64,000 nucleotides of DNA from the IMG/VR virus record IMGVR_UViG_3300037524_002016, positions 18,530-82,529 of that record; one strand, written 5' to 3'. The notes below the pieces were generated by a model. The model searched no databases and was not told the origin of the DNA. It saw nothing but the letters and a program-made list of their open reading frames with translations. Positions 17,302-28,400 of this stretch are shown here, in pieces. The stretch comes from a virus. How positions within the stretch are numbered: the first letter of the stretch is position 1; each line of letters starts with the position of its first letter. The position numbers were made by a program, and so were the translations under genes.

Positions 17302-20300
17302 CGTTTGCCTGTAAATACGTGAATACGTAAATCACTGATATATGGGTTTGCATTCCAGTTTGCATTTATCGAACCGAACGGCAAATTAACTGCACCAATA
17401 GACGTTGTTTCAAACCTTAACCTGAGCCAGGGTTGATAGTTAGGTGAAATAGAGAAGCTTTCAGTAAAAGTAAAGCTTGCTGAACTACCGTTCCAAGGCG
17501 CAGAGTAAAGCGGGACAGCATTACCATGTGAGCTATACCAGTTACCATTGGTATGTTGATGTTGGACAAACACCTTCAATTCACCGGGAGTTCCGTCAGT
17601 TAAGTTTATAGTAAAAGAAACAAATATAATACGCCTAGTGTCAATATCAGTGATGGCCACGGGCATGGCATCTGTATAAGTGTACTGCGTGTTCCAAGTA
17701 GCGGGGGTGACGGCCAAATAACGATACTCAGTTAACGAACTACCGGCTCCACCCCAATACCACCAAACTGATTCAGGCACTGTAACCGCATTGTTCTCGA
17801 TTTTGAGTGTACTAACGGCCGCATCCTTAATGAATGCACGGGTGATAGCCGCCGACTCCATATAGACGCCGATGTTGGTTTCGGTCATCTTATCTAACCA
17901 GGCAAACTGCTCAAACTTAGGTTGACCAGCATGCAACAATACTTTGCCTGCTCGGTTAAATATAACGAACTCGCCGCCTGCAATAGTAAAGTAACCGTCT
18001 TTGTCTATGGACCAGGTAGGAAGGCTGGGGTGGCCCCATTCACTGCCGCCAGGTGGAAACGTGTGTGTCCGATTCGATTGAATGACATTGCCGATATAGG
18101 CATTATCAATACAACCAGCTGCAATATAGGTTCCGATGTTGCTGTCGTTAATTTTGTCAATATGGGCAAAATCACCTAATGGCGGGGTACCTGAACTCAA
18201 TACAAGCTGTCCGGCTGCATTGAACAATTCAAACAGACCACCATAAATACGTAGTTGTCCGGCTTTATTTAAAGACCAAGCCGGTAAACCAGCATCAAAC
18301 GGTGACGTTGCCGTTGCCTTAATTTCATCTCCGATCAGAAGATTATTAACAGCTCCGTTGGCGATATAGGTGCCGATATTATTGGCTTGCAGTTGACCGG
18401 CCGTTGCAAAAATACCTAGACCCTGAATACGGTTAACATTCAGATTCTGACCGGAACTGAAAATGATGTTGCCGTTGGCATCGCGGATATCTAGATTCCT
18501 AGTGTCGATGTGATCCGCGGTGATGGACTTCGGCAGCATCTGCACGTTCTGCAGGGCCCCGCTGCCTACTTGAACGTTGTTGATGTAGACGCCCGGCTGC
18601 ACGGTAGTGCCGTTGACCGTGGTCGGCGACGTGATCACCATCAGAGGATAGGCCGGGGCCACGGCAGCATTGCCGGGACTGATCACGGCAAACTTGTCGG
18701 CCCGGACAATGAACTCGGACGTGGGTGTGCCGTTGACTGAAGTACTGGCTAGGCCATAGCCCGTGACGTAGCCGTTGTTGTCGATCTTGACGGTGTACTG
18801 GGCTGAAAGACCACCAACAATGTTGTTGGTGGTTTGAATTGACGTGGTATGGCCGTTGACCGTCTGACTGAGAGTGGATACGGTATTGGCGGTATTGGCA
18901 GCCAAGTCCGCAGTGGTTTGAAAGGTATTTAACGTGACCCGATTTTGCAATTCATTGCCAAGGTAAAGGAAATCACCGGTCACGCTTTGTTTGTAGTTGA
19001 CATAGTCCGGCGATAACTGCAGGGTTTGGTCAAACGCTGCCTTGGTAACGGCATTGGTGGTTAGATTGCCAACTTGGCTATTGAGCGTGCTGATGGACCC
19101 GTTAACCGAGCTTTTGAAGTTGACATAGTCAGAAGAAACCGTCAGCTTTTGATCAAAGGCGGCCTGGGTAATTCCAATGTTGGCGACATCAGCAATATCC
19201 TGGTCAATCCGTGCGATCTCTCCGGCAACACTGGTTTTGTAGTTGACATACTCGGGCGACAACAGCAGGGTTTGATCGAAGGCGGCTTTCGTGACAGCAT
19301 TAGTGTTCAGATTGCCAACCTGCGTATTCAACGTGCTGATGGAGCCATTGACTGAGGCCTTGTAGTTGACATAGTCCGCGGCAACGACAAGCTTTTCGTC
19401 GAAGGCGGCCTGAGTAATGCCGACATTGGCAAGGTCCGCAATATCACCGTCAATCCGTTGGATTTCCCCAGAAACACTGGTCTTGTAGTTAATGTATTCT
19501 GGTGATACTTGTAAAGTTTGATCGAACGAAGCCCGGGTAATGCTGTTATTAGCCAAGTCTTGCACATCGTCAGTCAACCCTTGAATGTTGTTATTCAAGG
19601 ACGTAATAGACCCATTGACCGAGGTCTTGTAGTTAACATAGTCCGAAGCAACAGACAGCCGTTGATCGAACACGGCCTGGGTAATGCCTGCCGCAGCGAC
19701 ACTTTGAATATCTCCTTCAAGCCTTGTAATCTCACCGGAGACACTGGTTTTGTAGCCTATATAGTCTGGCGACGAGATTAGACTTTGCTCAAACTCGCTC
19801 TTGCTGAGCTTGGTGGTCTTGATGTTGTTGACATCAACGTCCACGGACTGACGCCACGACGTCAACCCAGTCAGGTACGTGTCGTGGTCTGCCGTCAGGT
19901 CCACGACCTGTTGGAACTCACTTCGAGTAACCTGTCCGGTCTTTAACCCGGTGATGTCCTGGTCGATGTCCTGGCGCCAGAACCCCAGGCTCGTGATGTA
20001 CTGGGTGTGTTCGTCTGTCTTGTCGACGACCTGTTGGAACTCGTTGCGGGTCACCTGCCCGGCCGTCAAGTCTTCAAAGGTCGTGTCGATCTCACTGAAT
20101 TTGGCCCAGGCCTCGTTCAGTTGATTCTGAGCATCGATCGCCAGGATCTGGGCCAAGCCCGTGATTGGCGGCACTTCCAGGTCCTGCACCCGCAGATCAA
20201 GATCGGGAATGACATCGATCTTGGCGCCCAGGTCCTGGGCCAGTTGGCTCTCCGTGATCGCCCCTTCCAGCAGTTCCAGGTATTTCTGGGGGTCCGGCGG

Positions 20301-23300
20301 GATCGTGGTCGCGACTCCGGTGGTCGGAGACGGCACGAGATCGGACAGCATCTCCTCGTAGTCGGCGTTTCGGATCCAGTAGTAATAGGTCTCGCCGGTA
20401 TCCAGCCGGAGGTCGAGGACAGGCGACGACCGGTACAGGCCGATTCGGGTGGCCGTGGCGAAATCATTGGTCTGGCTCCGCCACACCTCGGTGCCGATCA
20501 AGTCCCAAGGCGCCGGGGTCGGCTGCTCCCATTTGAGTTCAGCCTGCCAAGTGTCCGGCGTCACCGTGAAGTTGAGCGGCGCCGGTGGCGGCAAGCCATC
20601 GCCGATCAGGACCCGACCCGAGAGGCCGTTCAGAAGATCGTTTGGCACCCAGGCCGAGAAGTTGCCCGAGGTGTCGACTGCGCGAATCCAGAACCAGCGG
20701 GTGCCTTGGTCGGTCACCGCCAGAAAATAAGTCGTGCCTTGGGGCCTTGCGATGAGCGTCGCCGACGCGTGGTTGTTGACCGGGGCCATCCAGATTTCGA
20801 TGTGGCTCAGGTCCCGGTCCACCGGATTGTCCCAAGTCAACGTGAGACCGTTGATGGCGCGCTCGATCTGGAAGTTGGAGGGCGGCTGCGGCGGAGCGTC
20901 CTTGGCCTCGACCGTGATCGTTTGGGTGACCCAGGCCGAGACCCCGGCCCGGTTGACGGTGCGGACCCGGACGTCGTAGGTCTTGGTCGGCAGGGCCCCG
21001 CCAATTACATACTTGAGGGTGGCTTTGCCGACGGCGACGCCGAACCAGGATGCGATTAGGTTCTCTTTCCACTCCAGTTCGTAGTGGTCGACATTGCCGA
21101 TGCCGGCCACGGCCCAGGTGGCGTGGATGTAGTAATCGACCTCACCGGTGGGTCGGACCTCGTAGAGGGCGGCAAGGCTCAGTTCGGTCGGCGCCGGGCT
21201 GGCGCCCTGGCTGTAAAGCTGGGCGACATCGTATTCCTTGTAGGCTGACCAGGAACTCCAACGGTTGTAGCGGGACAACGCCCGGGCACTGATGTAGAGG
21301 CGAGTGGCCATCGGCTGGACATTGCCGTCCACCGTCTCCAATGGCATCGGAATATTGCCGATGCGGGTCGCCAACACGTCGCCGTCCACGCTGACCGTTT
21401 GTTCGGCCAGCAACAGCAATAGGTTGTCAGGATCCGTCGTGTCGCTGACGTAGTAGCGGAGTTCCACCCGGGCAATCGGTACCCCGGAGTTGGTGTAGCT
21501 TCCGGCTAGGTCGTAGTCACGGACGCTGGAGGTGGACAGCAACCAGGCCACCCAAACTTCGGTCAATGGCATGCCGGAGGCCGAGAACGCCACGGTCGTG
21601 CCATCGCCCCAGATGCGGGTGATCACCGGCGGCTGCGGGTTCAACATCTCCGGCGGGACGCTGATGACCGCGTCGAAAGAGGCGTAATCAGCCGAGTCAG
21701 TAGCCAAAGCCTCGGCGGCCGGTACTAGGCTGAGGGTGGCCGAGAGATCGGCCCTGTAATCGATCTGGGCGACCTTAGCAAGCAGGGTATCCTTGGTGGA
21801 CTGGCCGAAGGTCAGCAGGTCACCGACATTGATCCCGGTCACCGGCGGGCTGAAGGTCAGGGTCCGGGAAGTCTTCTCCGGCTCGCCGGCGGAGGCGATA
21901 TTGACCACGTTGGCGAGGCGCAAGGTCACGTTGTCGCGGCCGGCTGCATCCGGCGTCCGGATGCGGGCGACGTAGGGCACCGGAGTTGGTGCGCCAGGGG
22001 CGGAGTAGGTGAACGTGATCTCTTCGTCGACCACAGCGCTGGTCGCTTCGCCGTTGACGTTGAAGGTCAACCCCACAATACGGGTGTTGTGGAGACCGAT
22101 AAGCATCGCGTCGTTGGCGATGCGGACGCAACTGCCGCGATGGACGGCCAAGCATTCGAAGTCCACGTCCAGGGTGTAGGTCTCCGGGCGCAACCGCATG
22201 GTGTTCAGGAAGTATTTGCCGTGCCGCTTGGCCAAGGCCATGTCGGTCACGCCCTGGGTTTCCAACAGTTCCCAGGTGCGTGCGGTGGCCTCGGTCTTTT
22301 CGAAGGCATAGACCACGATCTCGGTGTCGGTCCACACGTTCTTGTCGATGTAGCGGACCCGGAGAGCCTCGGGCTGCTTCGCAAAGCGCTTCTCCATCCG
22401 AAAGTTGCGGCTGTTGCGCGGCGTGAACTGTTGGACCGGAACGAAGTTGTCGAGATAGGGCGCCTGGGGGCCTTTGAACTCGCGAATGACGCTGAACTGG
22501 CCGTTGGCGTTCAAGTGCCAGCCGGCAAAGCCGGTCTTACAGATCGCGGCGGCCCGCTCCAGTTCGGTCTCCTCGGTGGTGTGGTACCAGTTGTAGGTGA
22601 CCTTTTCACGGGCACACCAATCCGCCCAGTCCGCCAACTCGGACAGGTCCAGTTGAGCATCGGTGATCGGGTACTGCAGTTGCGGGCCCTTAAGCGAGTC
22701 CGCATAGATCCAGGCCGGGTTGCAGGTGGCCTGAGTCACCCAGGTGCCGGAACCCGGCTGATAGACCGGCAGACAGGAGGTGCCGACGACAGCCACCTCG
22801 TCGACCTGTCCATTCAACTGCCGCGTGTCCTTGATGGCAATCATCATCAGGACGGCGTTGTCACCCCCGTTGTAGTTGGTGATGCGCCAGGGCTCGTTGT
22901 CAGGACTGAGAGCCTTGTAGTTCCGCATGGCCACCAAGGTGGTATTGGAAACGATCGCAGCATTGCCGGCAATGAACGTCGACAGGCGGGTAATTTCAAC
23001 GTCCCACTTACCGGCCGACGGAAAGACAATACGGGGGTTAAAGTGGCGTGGATTGTGAAACTTGCCAGTCACCTCATAGTAGTTGGCATTACCAAACTGA
23101 ACTACCTGGTAAGCAGAGAACGGCTGCCCGTCCTGTTTGATGCGAAAACGGAAACGAACCCCTGACTGGTCTTCCTTGCCGTCGCCGTCAACGCAGTAGA
23201 GCGCCGAGATCACGAGGTCGAAGCGGGCTTCGACCGTGTCTGGTATCGTCGAGATTTGCTGTGATTCTTGCGGGCTGTCATTGAGCCAGCCCTGAAAAGG

Positions 23301-24239
23301 AGTGGGTTTGTCGGCGCCTTGGCGGGGGAAATCCCGAGACAGGTTGTCCTGGTAAGTGTCTCGCAGCAGTTTTTGCAGCAGCGGTTGGCGTGTTTGCCGC
23401 AACTGGCTCCAGTGGCCTATCTCCCAGCGGACCCCGGAAAACTCGGAAAGGTCTGTGTTGCCCATGGTGAGGTGACCAGACCGAAGGGCCGTCGGACTGA
23501 TGGCAATATCGCCCGGCCCCAGAATGTTGTTGGAGTAACTGGGTCGCTTGAACACCAATTTCGGATGCAGGGTCCCGGTCAACGGATCCTTGCCGACCGT
23601 GTAGCCTCCGGTGACCGTGCCATCGTCATTGACCGTGCCGTTGATGTTGAGGGGGCCGTAGCCGAGGCAGACAATGAAAAGCAGCCACTGGCTTTCCTCG
23701 TCGCTTTCCGTAATGTAGTTGCAGGCCAGCGGCGGGATCATCCGATAGTTGCCATACAGTTTCGGCATCGGCTCGTAGCGGGCCGGTTGGTTGGCACCGC
23801 TGTTGAGAGCCGAATAGCGGCCACTCTGCGTGAATCCGCCGCTGTTGCCGACTGTCGGATTTTGCGGACGGATCAGTGCCGGCAGCATCATCAATGCCGT
23901 CAGGCCAACGGTCATCACCACGTTGGTCACGGCCGTGGCGGCAAGGATCGCCATGGACGAAGCACCGATGGCGACCATGGCAGAATCAACCGCTGCCACG
24001 GCAACGGCAACGATGGCCGCCTTGGCCGGTCCCCGCGGCAGGTTCACCGCCGTCACTAGGTCGCCATCGATCGGATAGGTGTCAGCCCAGTGCTCATGCG
24101 GCAGCGGGTCGCCGTTGATGGCGACTTCGACGGTCGGGTAGACAGTGCCGAGGATCTCGGCCACGGACAAGCCGGGCTCAACTTCCGCGGTGTAGGCCTC
24201 GCGTTCGAGGACGTTGAAGACGGCGACGACGTTAATCAT
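17298..24239 (-). CDS. Tail tip / central fibre host-specificity protein (lambda gpJ-like)
   Basis: Ubiquitin-like N-terminus, PKLYG, TCNPAWIY, FN3-like repeats, coiled-coil repeats, SAQYTVKIDNNGYVTGYGL...FIVRADKFAV (DUF1983-like). Confidence 0.9.
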   Translation of the reverse strand: MINVVAVFNVLEREAYTAEVEPGLSVAEILGTVYPTVEVAINGDPLPHEHWADTYPIDGDLVTAVNLPRGPAKAAIVAVAVAAVDSAMVAIGASSMAILAATAVTNVVMTVGLTALMMLPALIRPQNPTVGNSGGFTQSGRYSALNSGANQPARYEPMPKLYGNYRMIPPLACNYITESDEESQWLLFIVCLGYGPLNINGTVNDDGTVTGGYTVGKDPLTGTLHPKLVFKRPSYSNNILGPGDIAISPTALRSGHLTMGNTDLSEFSGVRWEIGHWSQLRQTRQPLLQKLLRDTYQDNLSRDFPRQGADKPTPFQGWLNDSPQESQQISTIPDTVEARFDLVISALYCVDGDGKEDQSGVRFRFRIKQDGQPFSAYQVVQFGNANYYEVTGKFHNPRHFNPRIVFPSAGKWDVEITRLSTFIAGNAAIVSNTTLVAMRNYKALSPDNEPWRITNYNGGDNAVLMMIAIKDTRQLNGQVDEVAVVGTSCLPVYQPGSGTWVTQATCNPAWIYADSLKGPQLQYPITDAQLDLSELADWADWCAREKVTYNWYHTTEETELERAAAICKTGFAGWHLNANGQFSVIREFKGPQAPYLDNFVPVQQFTPRNSRNFRMEKRFAKQPEALRVRYIDKNVWTDTEIVVYAFEKTEATARTWELLETQGVTDMALAKRHGKYFLNTMRLRPETYTLDVDFECLAVHRGSCVRIANDAMLIGLHNTRIVGLTFNVNGEATSAVVDEEITFTYSAPGAPTPVPYVARIRTPDAAGRDNVTLRLANVVNIASAGEPEKTSRTLTFSPPVTGINVGDLLTFGQSTKDTLLAKVAQIDYRADLSATLSLVPAAEALATDSADYASFDAVISVPPEMLNPQPPVITRIWGDGTTVAFSASGMPLTEVWVAWLLSTSSVRDYDLAGSYTNSGVPIARVELRYYVSDTTDPDNLLLLLAEQTVSVDGDVLATRIGNIPMPLETVDGNVQPMATRLYISARALSRYNRWSSWSAYKEYDVAQLYSQGASPAPTELSLAALYEVRPTGEVDYYIHATWAVAGIGNVDHYELEWKENLIASWFGVAVGKATLKYVIGGALPTKTYDVRVRTVNRAGVSAWVTQTITVEAKDAPPQPPSNFQIERAINGLTLTWDNPVDRDLSHIEIWMAPVNNHASATLIARPQGTTYFLAVTDQGTRWFWIRAVDTSGNFSAWVPNDLLNGLSGRVLIGDGLPPPAPLNFTVTPDTWQAELKWEQPTPAPWDLIGTEVWRSQTNDFATATRIGLYRSSPVLDLRLDTGETYYYWIRNADYEEMLSDLVPSPTTGVATTIPPDPQKYLELLEGAITESQLAQDLGAKIDVIPDLDLRVQDLEVPPITGLAQILAIDAQNQLNEAWAKFSEIDTTFEDLTAGQVTRNEFQQVVDKTDEHTQYITSLGFWRQDIDQDITGLKTGQVTRSEFQQVVDLTADHDTYLTGLTSWRQSVDVDVNNIKTTKLSKSEFEQSLISSPDYIGYKTSVSGEITRLEGDIQSVAAAGITQAVFDQRLSVASDYVNYKTSVNGSITSLNNNIQGLTDDVQDLANNSITRASFDQTLQVSPEYINYKTSVSGEIQRIDGDIADLANVGITQAAFDEKLVVAADYVNYKASVNGSISTLNTQVGNLNTNAVTKAAFDQTLLLSPEYVNYKTSVAGEIARIDQDIADVANIGITQAAFDQKLTVSSDYVNFKSSVNGSISTLNSQVGNLTTNAVTKAAFDQTLQLSPDYVNYKQSVTGDFLYLGNELQNRVTLNTFQTTADLAANTANTVSTLSQTVNGHTTSIQTTNNIVGGLSAQYTVKIDNNGYVTGYGLASTSVNGTPTSEFIVRADKFAVISPGNAAVAPAYPLMVITSPTTVNGTTVQPGVYINNVQVGSGALQNVQMLPKSITADHIDTRNLDIRDANGNIIFSSGQNLNVNRIQGLGIFATAGQLQANNIGTYIANGAVNNLLIGDEIKATATSPFDAGLPAWSLNKAGQLRIYGGLFELFNAAGQLVLSSGTPPLGDFAHIDKINDSNIGTYIAAGCIDNAYIGNVIQSNRTHTFPPGGSEWGHPSLPTWSIDKDGYFTIAGGEFVIFNRAGKVLLHAGQPKFEQFAWLDKMTETNIGVYMESAAITRAFIKDAAVSTLKIENNAVTVPESVWWYWGGAGSSLTEYRYLAVTPATWNTQYTYTDAMPVAITDIDTRRIIFVSFTINLTDGTPGELKVFVQHQHTNGNWYSSHGNAVPLYSAPWNGSSASFTFTESFSISPNYQPWLRLRFETTSIGAVNLPFGSINANWNANPYISDLRIHVFTGKR

Positions 24240-24634
24240 TTGGGCCAGTAAAATCCGTCAGGTTTTTTTCGAAAGGCGTCCACCGCTTCTTTCACGGCGG
24301 CCTTGCCGCGCTCCACATGCAGCATCTGGCGGTCATCGACCATGACCCCACAATGCAGGCAACCGTAGGGGAAGCTAAACAGCACGACAGCGAACGGTCG
24401 GGGCTCTTCGATGCGGGTCCAGAGCGGTTCGAAGGTCGTCCAGGCGGCCGAGACCCCGGCGCCGACCTCGGCCGACTCATAGTGCTCGGTGTAGCTGGGC
24501 ATCCAGATGCCGAGTTGCTCGCCCAGGACCAAGCGGGCCAAGCCATAACAATCGCAACCATCCCAGGTTCGGCCCTTGTCGACGAACGGGATGCCGATGT
24601 AAGGTGCCCACCAGAGGCGGTCCGGCTCAGGCAT
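24236..24634 (-). CDS. NlpC/P60 tail assembly protein
   Basis: YIGIPFVDKGR...GCDCYGL...HCGVM...MLH. Confidence 0.9.
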   Translation of the reverse strand: MPEPDRLWWAPYIGIPFVDKGRTWDGCDCYGLARLVLGEQLGIWMPSYTEHYESAEVGAGVSAAWTTFEPLWTRIEEPRPFAVVLFSFPYGCLHCGVMVDDRQMLHVERGKAAVKEAVDAFRKKPDGFYWPK

Positions 24635-25115
24635 AAAGCCCCGGCGCCAGATTGGGCGTGAACTTGTGGATGACCGCTGGCTCGTTGAGGAAGTCCACCC
24701 GGTAGCCGAGCGTGCCCTCGATGACGAAGGCGTCGGCCGAGACCGACAACAGGGAGTAGACCGTGGGCCCAAATTCACGGACCACGCCGGTGCCGATGCG
24801 AAAGATCTCGACCGTAATCACCGGGGCATCGTTGACGTTGGCGGCTCTGATGGCGGCGATCAGGTCGCGGCTGACGTTGTCGGCCCGGATTTGAGCTTTA
24901 GGTACAGTGTCTTCGTTGTCCTGGGCCAGGGTGAAATCAAACGGCGCCGCCCGGTAAATTTGACCGCCGTAGACCACGTCCTCGGTGTTGGCGATCATCC
25001 GAAAGGTTTCGCCGGACGCGCCTTCTGGCGGAGCAAAGGTAATGCCGACCGTCCAGACGTCGGCCGTCTGCTCGGCAAACATGGAACGAATGCCGTCAAT
25101 GGAAACTGCAGGCAT
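24627..25115 (-). CDS. Minor tail protein (DUF1833-like)
   Basis: NTEDVV..GQIYRAAPFDFTL...DNVSR...FTPNLAPGL; synteny. Confidence 0.8.
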   Translation of the reverse strand: MPAVSIDGIRSMFAEQTADVWTVGITFAPPEGASGETFRMIANTEDVVYGGQIYRAAPFDFTLAQDNEDTVPKAQIRADNVSRDLIAAIRAANVNDAPVITVEIFRIGTGVVREFGPTVYSLLSVSADAFVIEGTLGYRVDFLNEPAVIHKFTPNLAPGLYA

Positions 25116-25480
25116 TACTGGGTGACTCCAAGGAGGAAACGGGGGAACGACACCCGCCAGCGGTCGTCCTTTTCCGGGTCCGGTTCTTGAATCCAGGGCT
25201 CCGGGATTCGAGCCAACACCGTGGTACCGCGCCAGGGGTGGGTGAAATCGAACGCCAGTGCCCCGCCTTTGAGGTCGTTGCGCCAAAAGGTGTCGAAGGC
25301 GACGAATTGGGTTGACGACATCAGGATCGTGAAACTGGCTTCCTCCGGCACCGCGGTGGAGCGGCGCCGGTATTTGGGTGGGCCGGCGTCGACCTCGGAC
25401 ACGATCACGTTGTTGCCGGGCTGGCAGCGCCAGCTATTGCGAACCGGCATGCGGGGAACCGTGTTGGGCCAGGCTGGCAT
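25115..25480 (-). CDS. Distal/minor tail protein
   Basis: MPAWP...SEVDAGPPKYRRRSTA...FDTFW...GALAFDFTHP; directly after the tape measure gene. Confidence 0.8.
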   Translation of the reverse strand: MPAWPNTVPRMPVRNSWRCQPGNNVIVSEVDAGPPKYRRRSTAVPEEASFTILMSSTQFVAFDTFWRNDLKGGALAFDFTHPWRGTTVLARIPEPWIQEPDPEKDDRWRVSFPRFLLGVTQ

Positions 25481-25483
25481 GTG

Positions 25484-28400
25484 TTATCTCCTGATCGGGG
25501 GTCGACGGGTGCCCATGTTGACGGCGTGGGTCCGGTCCATAGAACCGCTGGAAAACTCGGACTTCATGGCCTCGCGCACAAAGACGCGGAGTTCTTCCTT
25601 GCCGCCGGGCTGTTTCCGGCGTTGCACCTCCATGTCAGGTGCGGAAGCGGATCGCTGGTCAATGATTTGGACGTCCACCGGGCTGCCATTATAACCCGAC
25701 TGTGAAGATGTGGACGGCGCACCCGAGAGCATTCCACCGCGCGCGAACTTGCCTTGGAGCGCTCCCCGGTTGACCCGGTTGATGAAGTCCGGGCCCAGCA
25801 TCTTGGTGGCCTTGGCGTTGAGGATGGCTTCCTCGGTCGAGACCGCGATGTAGCCCTTGACGGTGCGGCCCTGGGTGAGCAGAGCCGGGATCGAGTCCGA
25901 CGTCGGGGTGCCCTTGCCCTTAATGATGCCGCCGACTCCGCGGGTGAGGCCGCCGCCTGCGAACTTGGCGAGCACCGGCTCCGCGGCGACCTGGACTTCG
26001 TCCAGGACTTTGCCAGTGGCGAACTTGCCGAGCGGTTTACCGGCCGGAAGCTCGTTGAGGACCGCGCCGTCCCGGGCAAATAGCCCGACAATGGAACTGA
26101 AGATGCCGGCCCCACTGCTGCCGCCACCGCCGCTGAACAGCCCGCCGACCGCATTGACGATGCCGCCACCGCCGCTGAACAGCCCGCCGACCGCATTGAC
26201 GATGCCGCCGAGGCCGCCGATCAGGACGCTGGCGAGGGTCGAAAAGAAGCCGTTGTTGCCGTTGAGGAAGCCGGTGACGCTCTTCTCAACGGCACCGAAG
26301 CCATTCTTGAAGGTGTCAGCGATGCCCGTGAAGGCCTGTTCCGAGGCTTCCTTGACGCCGGGCTCACCACCCTGGCCCTTGGCCCCGCCCTTGCCCGTGA
26401 AGCCGCCCAGGATCGATTCCGCGAGGCTTCCGAAGATGCCCTTGTAGATCTGGCTGGAGATTCCGGAAAGGAGATCCCGGCCGATCTGCTCGAAGGTTCC
26501 GGCCGTGCCTTCAGCGTTGGGCGAGGACGAACTGGTGGTGGTCTGCCGGGTGCGGCGCAGTTTGAAGCGGGAGGTGTCGCCCTTGGTATAGATGTCGCCA
26601 CGTGCCGGTCCTACGGTGCCCACCGTATTGGGTTCGACGGACCACTCCTCGGTGGAATCCGACCGTTCCGAGACCGTCTTCTGCTTGGTCTGGAACATGG
26701 CCGCACCCAGCGCATCGGCCACCCGACGAGTCGCGGCACCGAACTCGTCGGCGATGTTGGCCGCCATGTCGAACATCGTGCCGAGGTTGCGGCGGAGCGC
26801 ATCCCGCAGGCGGTCCGCGGAGAAGCCTTCCGCGAGCGCCTGGGTGAAAGACATGTTGAGCCGGTCGGACTCGGCTGAGAGTTCGGCAAAGCGCTGACCG
26901 AGTTCCCGCAACCGGTTGTTGAGGTTGATGACAGCCGTGCTGTCAGCGCCTTGGGTGCGGATGGCCTCATCGCGCAGCCGGATCTTTTCCTGGATCGAGC
27001 GCTCGGTCAGCAGTTGTTCGCTGACGATCTGCTCCCGCCGCCGTTCTGGCGTGATTTCCAACCCCATGCCGGTGCGGTAGATGTCCTCCGGTTGGGTGAT
27101 GGTACTGATGCCCTGCTGGTAGCGGCGCTCCTCCCGGTCGATTCGATTCGCCAAAAAGACACGACGCTCGTTTTCCACCAACTGCTTGCGGGCCTGCCAC
27201 TCCTTCTGGGCCAGTTCGCGGTTGTTGTTGTCGAGCAGGTCCTTTTCGTACTGCGCATCGGCCTGGCGCTCCAGGAGACGAATGTAGGTCTCCTGGTGTT
27301 TCTCGACCTCGGCCGTGTTGTAGAGGCCCTGGGCGGCAAACTCGTACGAGCGCTTGGCGGCTTCCACCTCCTTGGCCAGGGTCTCCAGGTTGGTAGCAAC
27401 CAACTCACGCCGACGCTTGTCCTCGATCTCCAGCCGTTGTTCCGCAAGTTTGCGGATGGCCGATTCCCGGGCAGAGATAGTCTGGACGACATCGTTCTTA
27501 CGCTGGGCTTCGGTCGCCGGGTTGGCCTGGGACGGAACCGCCTTGACGGTGTTTTCATACTCGGTCAGCCGGGCCTGGGCCTTTTGCACATTGGCGTCGG
27601 CAATGGCCAATTGTTCACGGGCAATCTGACCCAACAAACCCTTGGCCTGCAGCAACTGCTTGACGACCTCGTCAAGCCCGAGTTGGGTGTCGAGCGGCTG
27701 CGGGGTCGGACCCAGGAGGGCGGTGTAGTCTTTTTTCTTTTCCGCCTCGGCAATCTGAGATCGCACCTCGGCGCCGACAAACGGCTTGGGGTAGAGCCGG
27801 AGCGCCTGGGGACCGCGCTCACGCACGAAGCGATCGTAGGCGGCCTCCTGGCTCAGACGTTGATCAGCCAGACGCCGAGTGGTCTTCTCCAGTTCGATCT
27901 CGGCCTTGACGACGTTCTCCGCCAGAGTCCGGCGCTCTTCGTCGCTGACGGGCAGGTTCTCGCTGCGCTTCTGGGTGCGCTTGGCGTAGTCGACCCGTTC
28001 CTGGGCCAACCTCAGTTCGACCTTGGCGAGGTCGGCCAGGGCACTCTGCGGGGCCACCAACTGGGCGCGAACGTCGTCCAGGTTGGTGTCTGGATTGAGG
28101 TAGGATGAGCCCTGTCCAAAGAGCCCCACCCAGTCGCGCTTGGCAACCGCCGACTGCACTCTGATGTCGGCCAGTTCCCGTTGCCGCATCGTCTCGACCG
28201 GCTCGACGAACGGCCGACGCAACTGGTCGATGTCAGCCTGGCGTTGGTTGGCCGCCAGGACACTGGCCTCGGTGACAGTCTTCTTGAGGGTAGTCAGGAA
28301 CGAGCTTTCCGCGAGGCGTTCACGGGCCGCGGGCGCTTGCTGAGCACCTTGCTGGGTCGCCAGCAGGTATGCGTTCTGGGCATACATCTGACGCTTTTGG

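Noticed and set aside
17298-18500. Diversity-generating retroelement target in the tail fibre tip
   Set aside because: No reverse transcriptase in the window and no TR/VR pair differing only at adenines was seen
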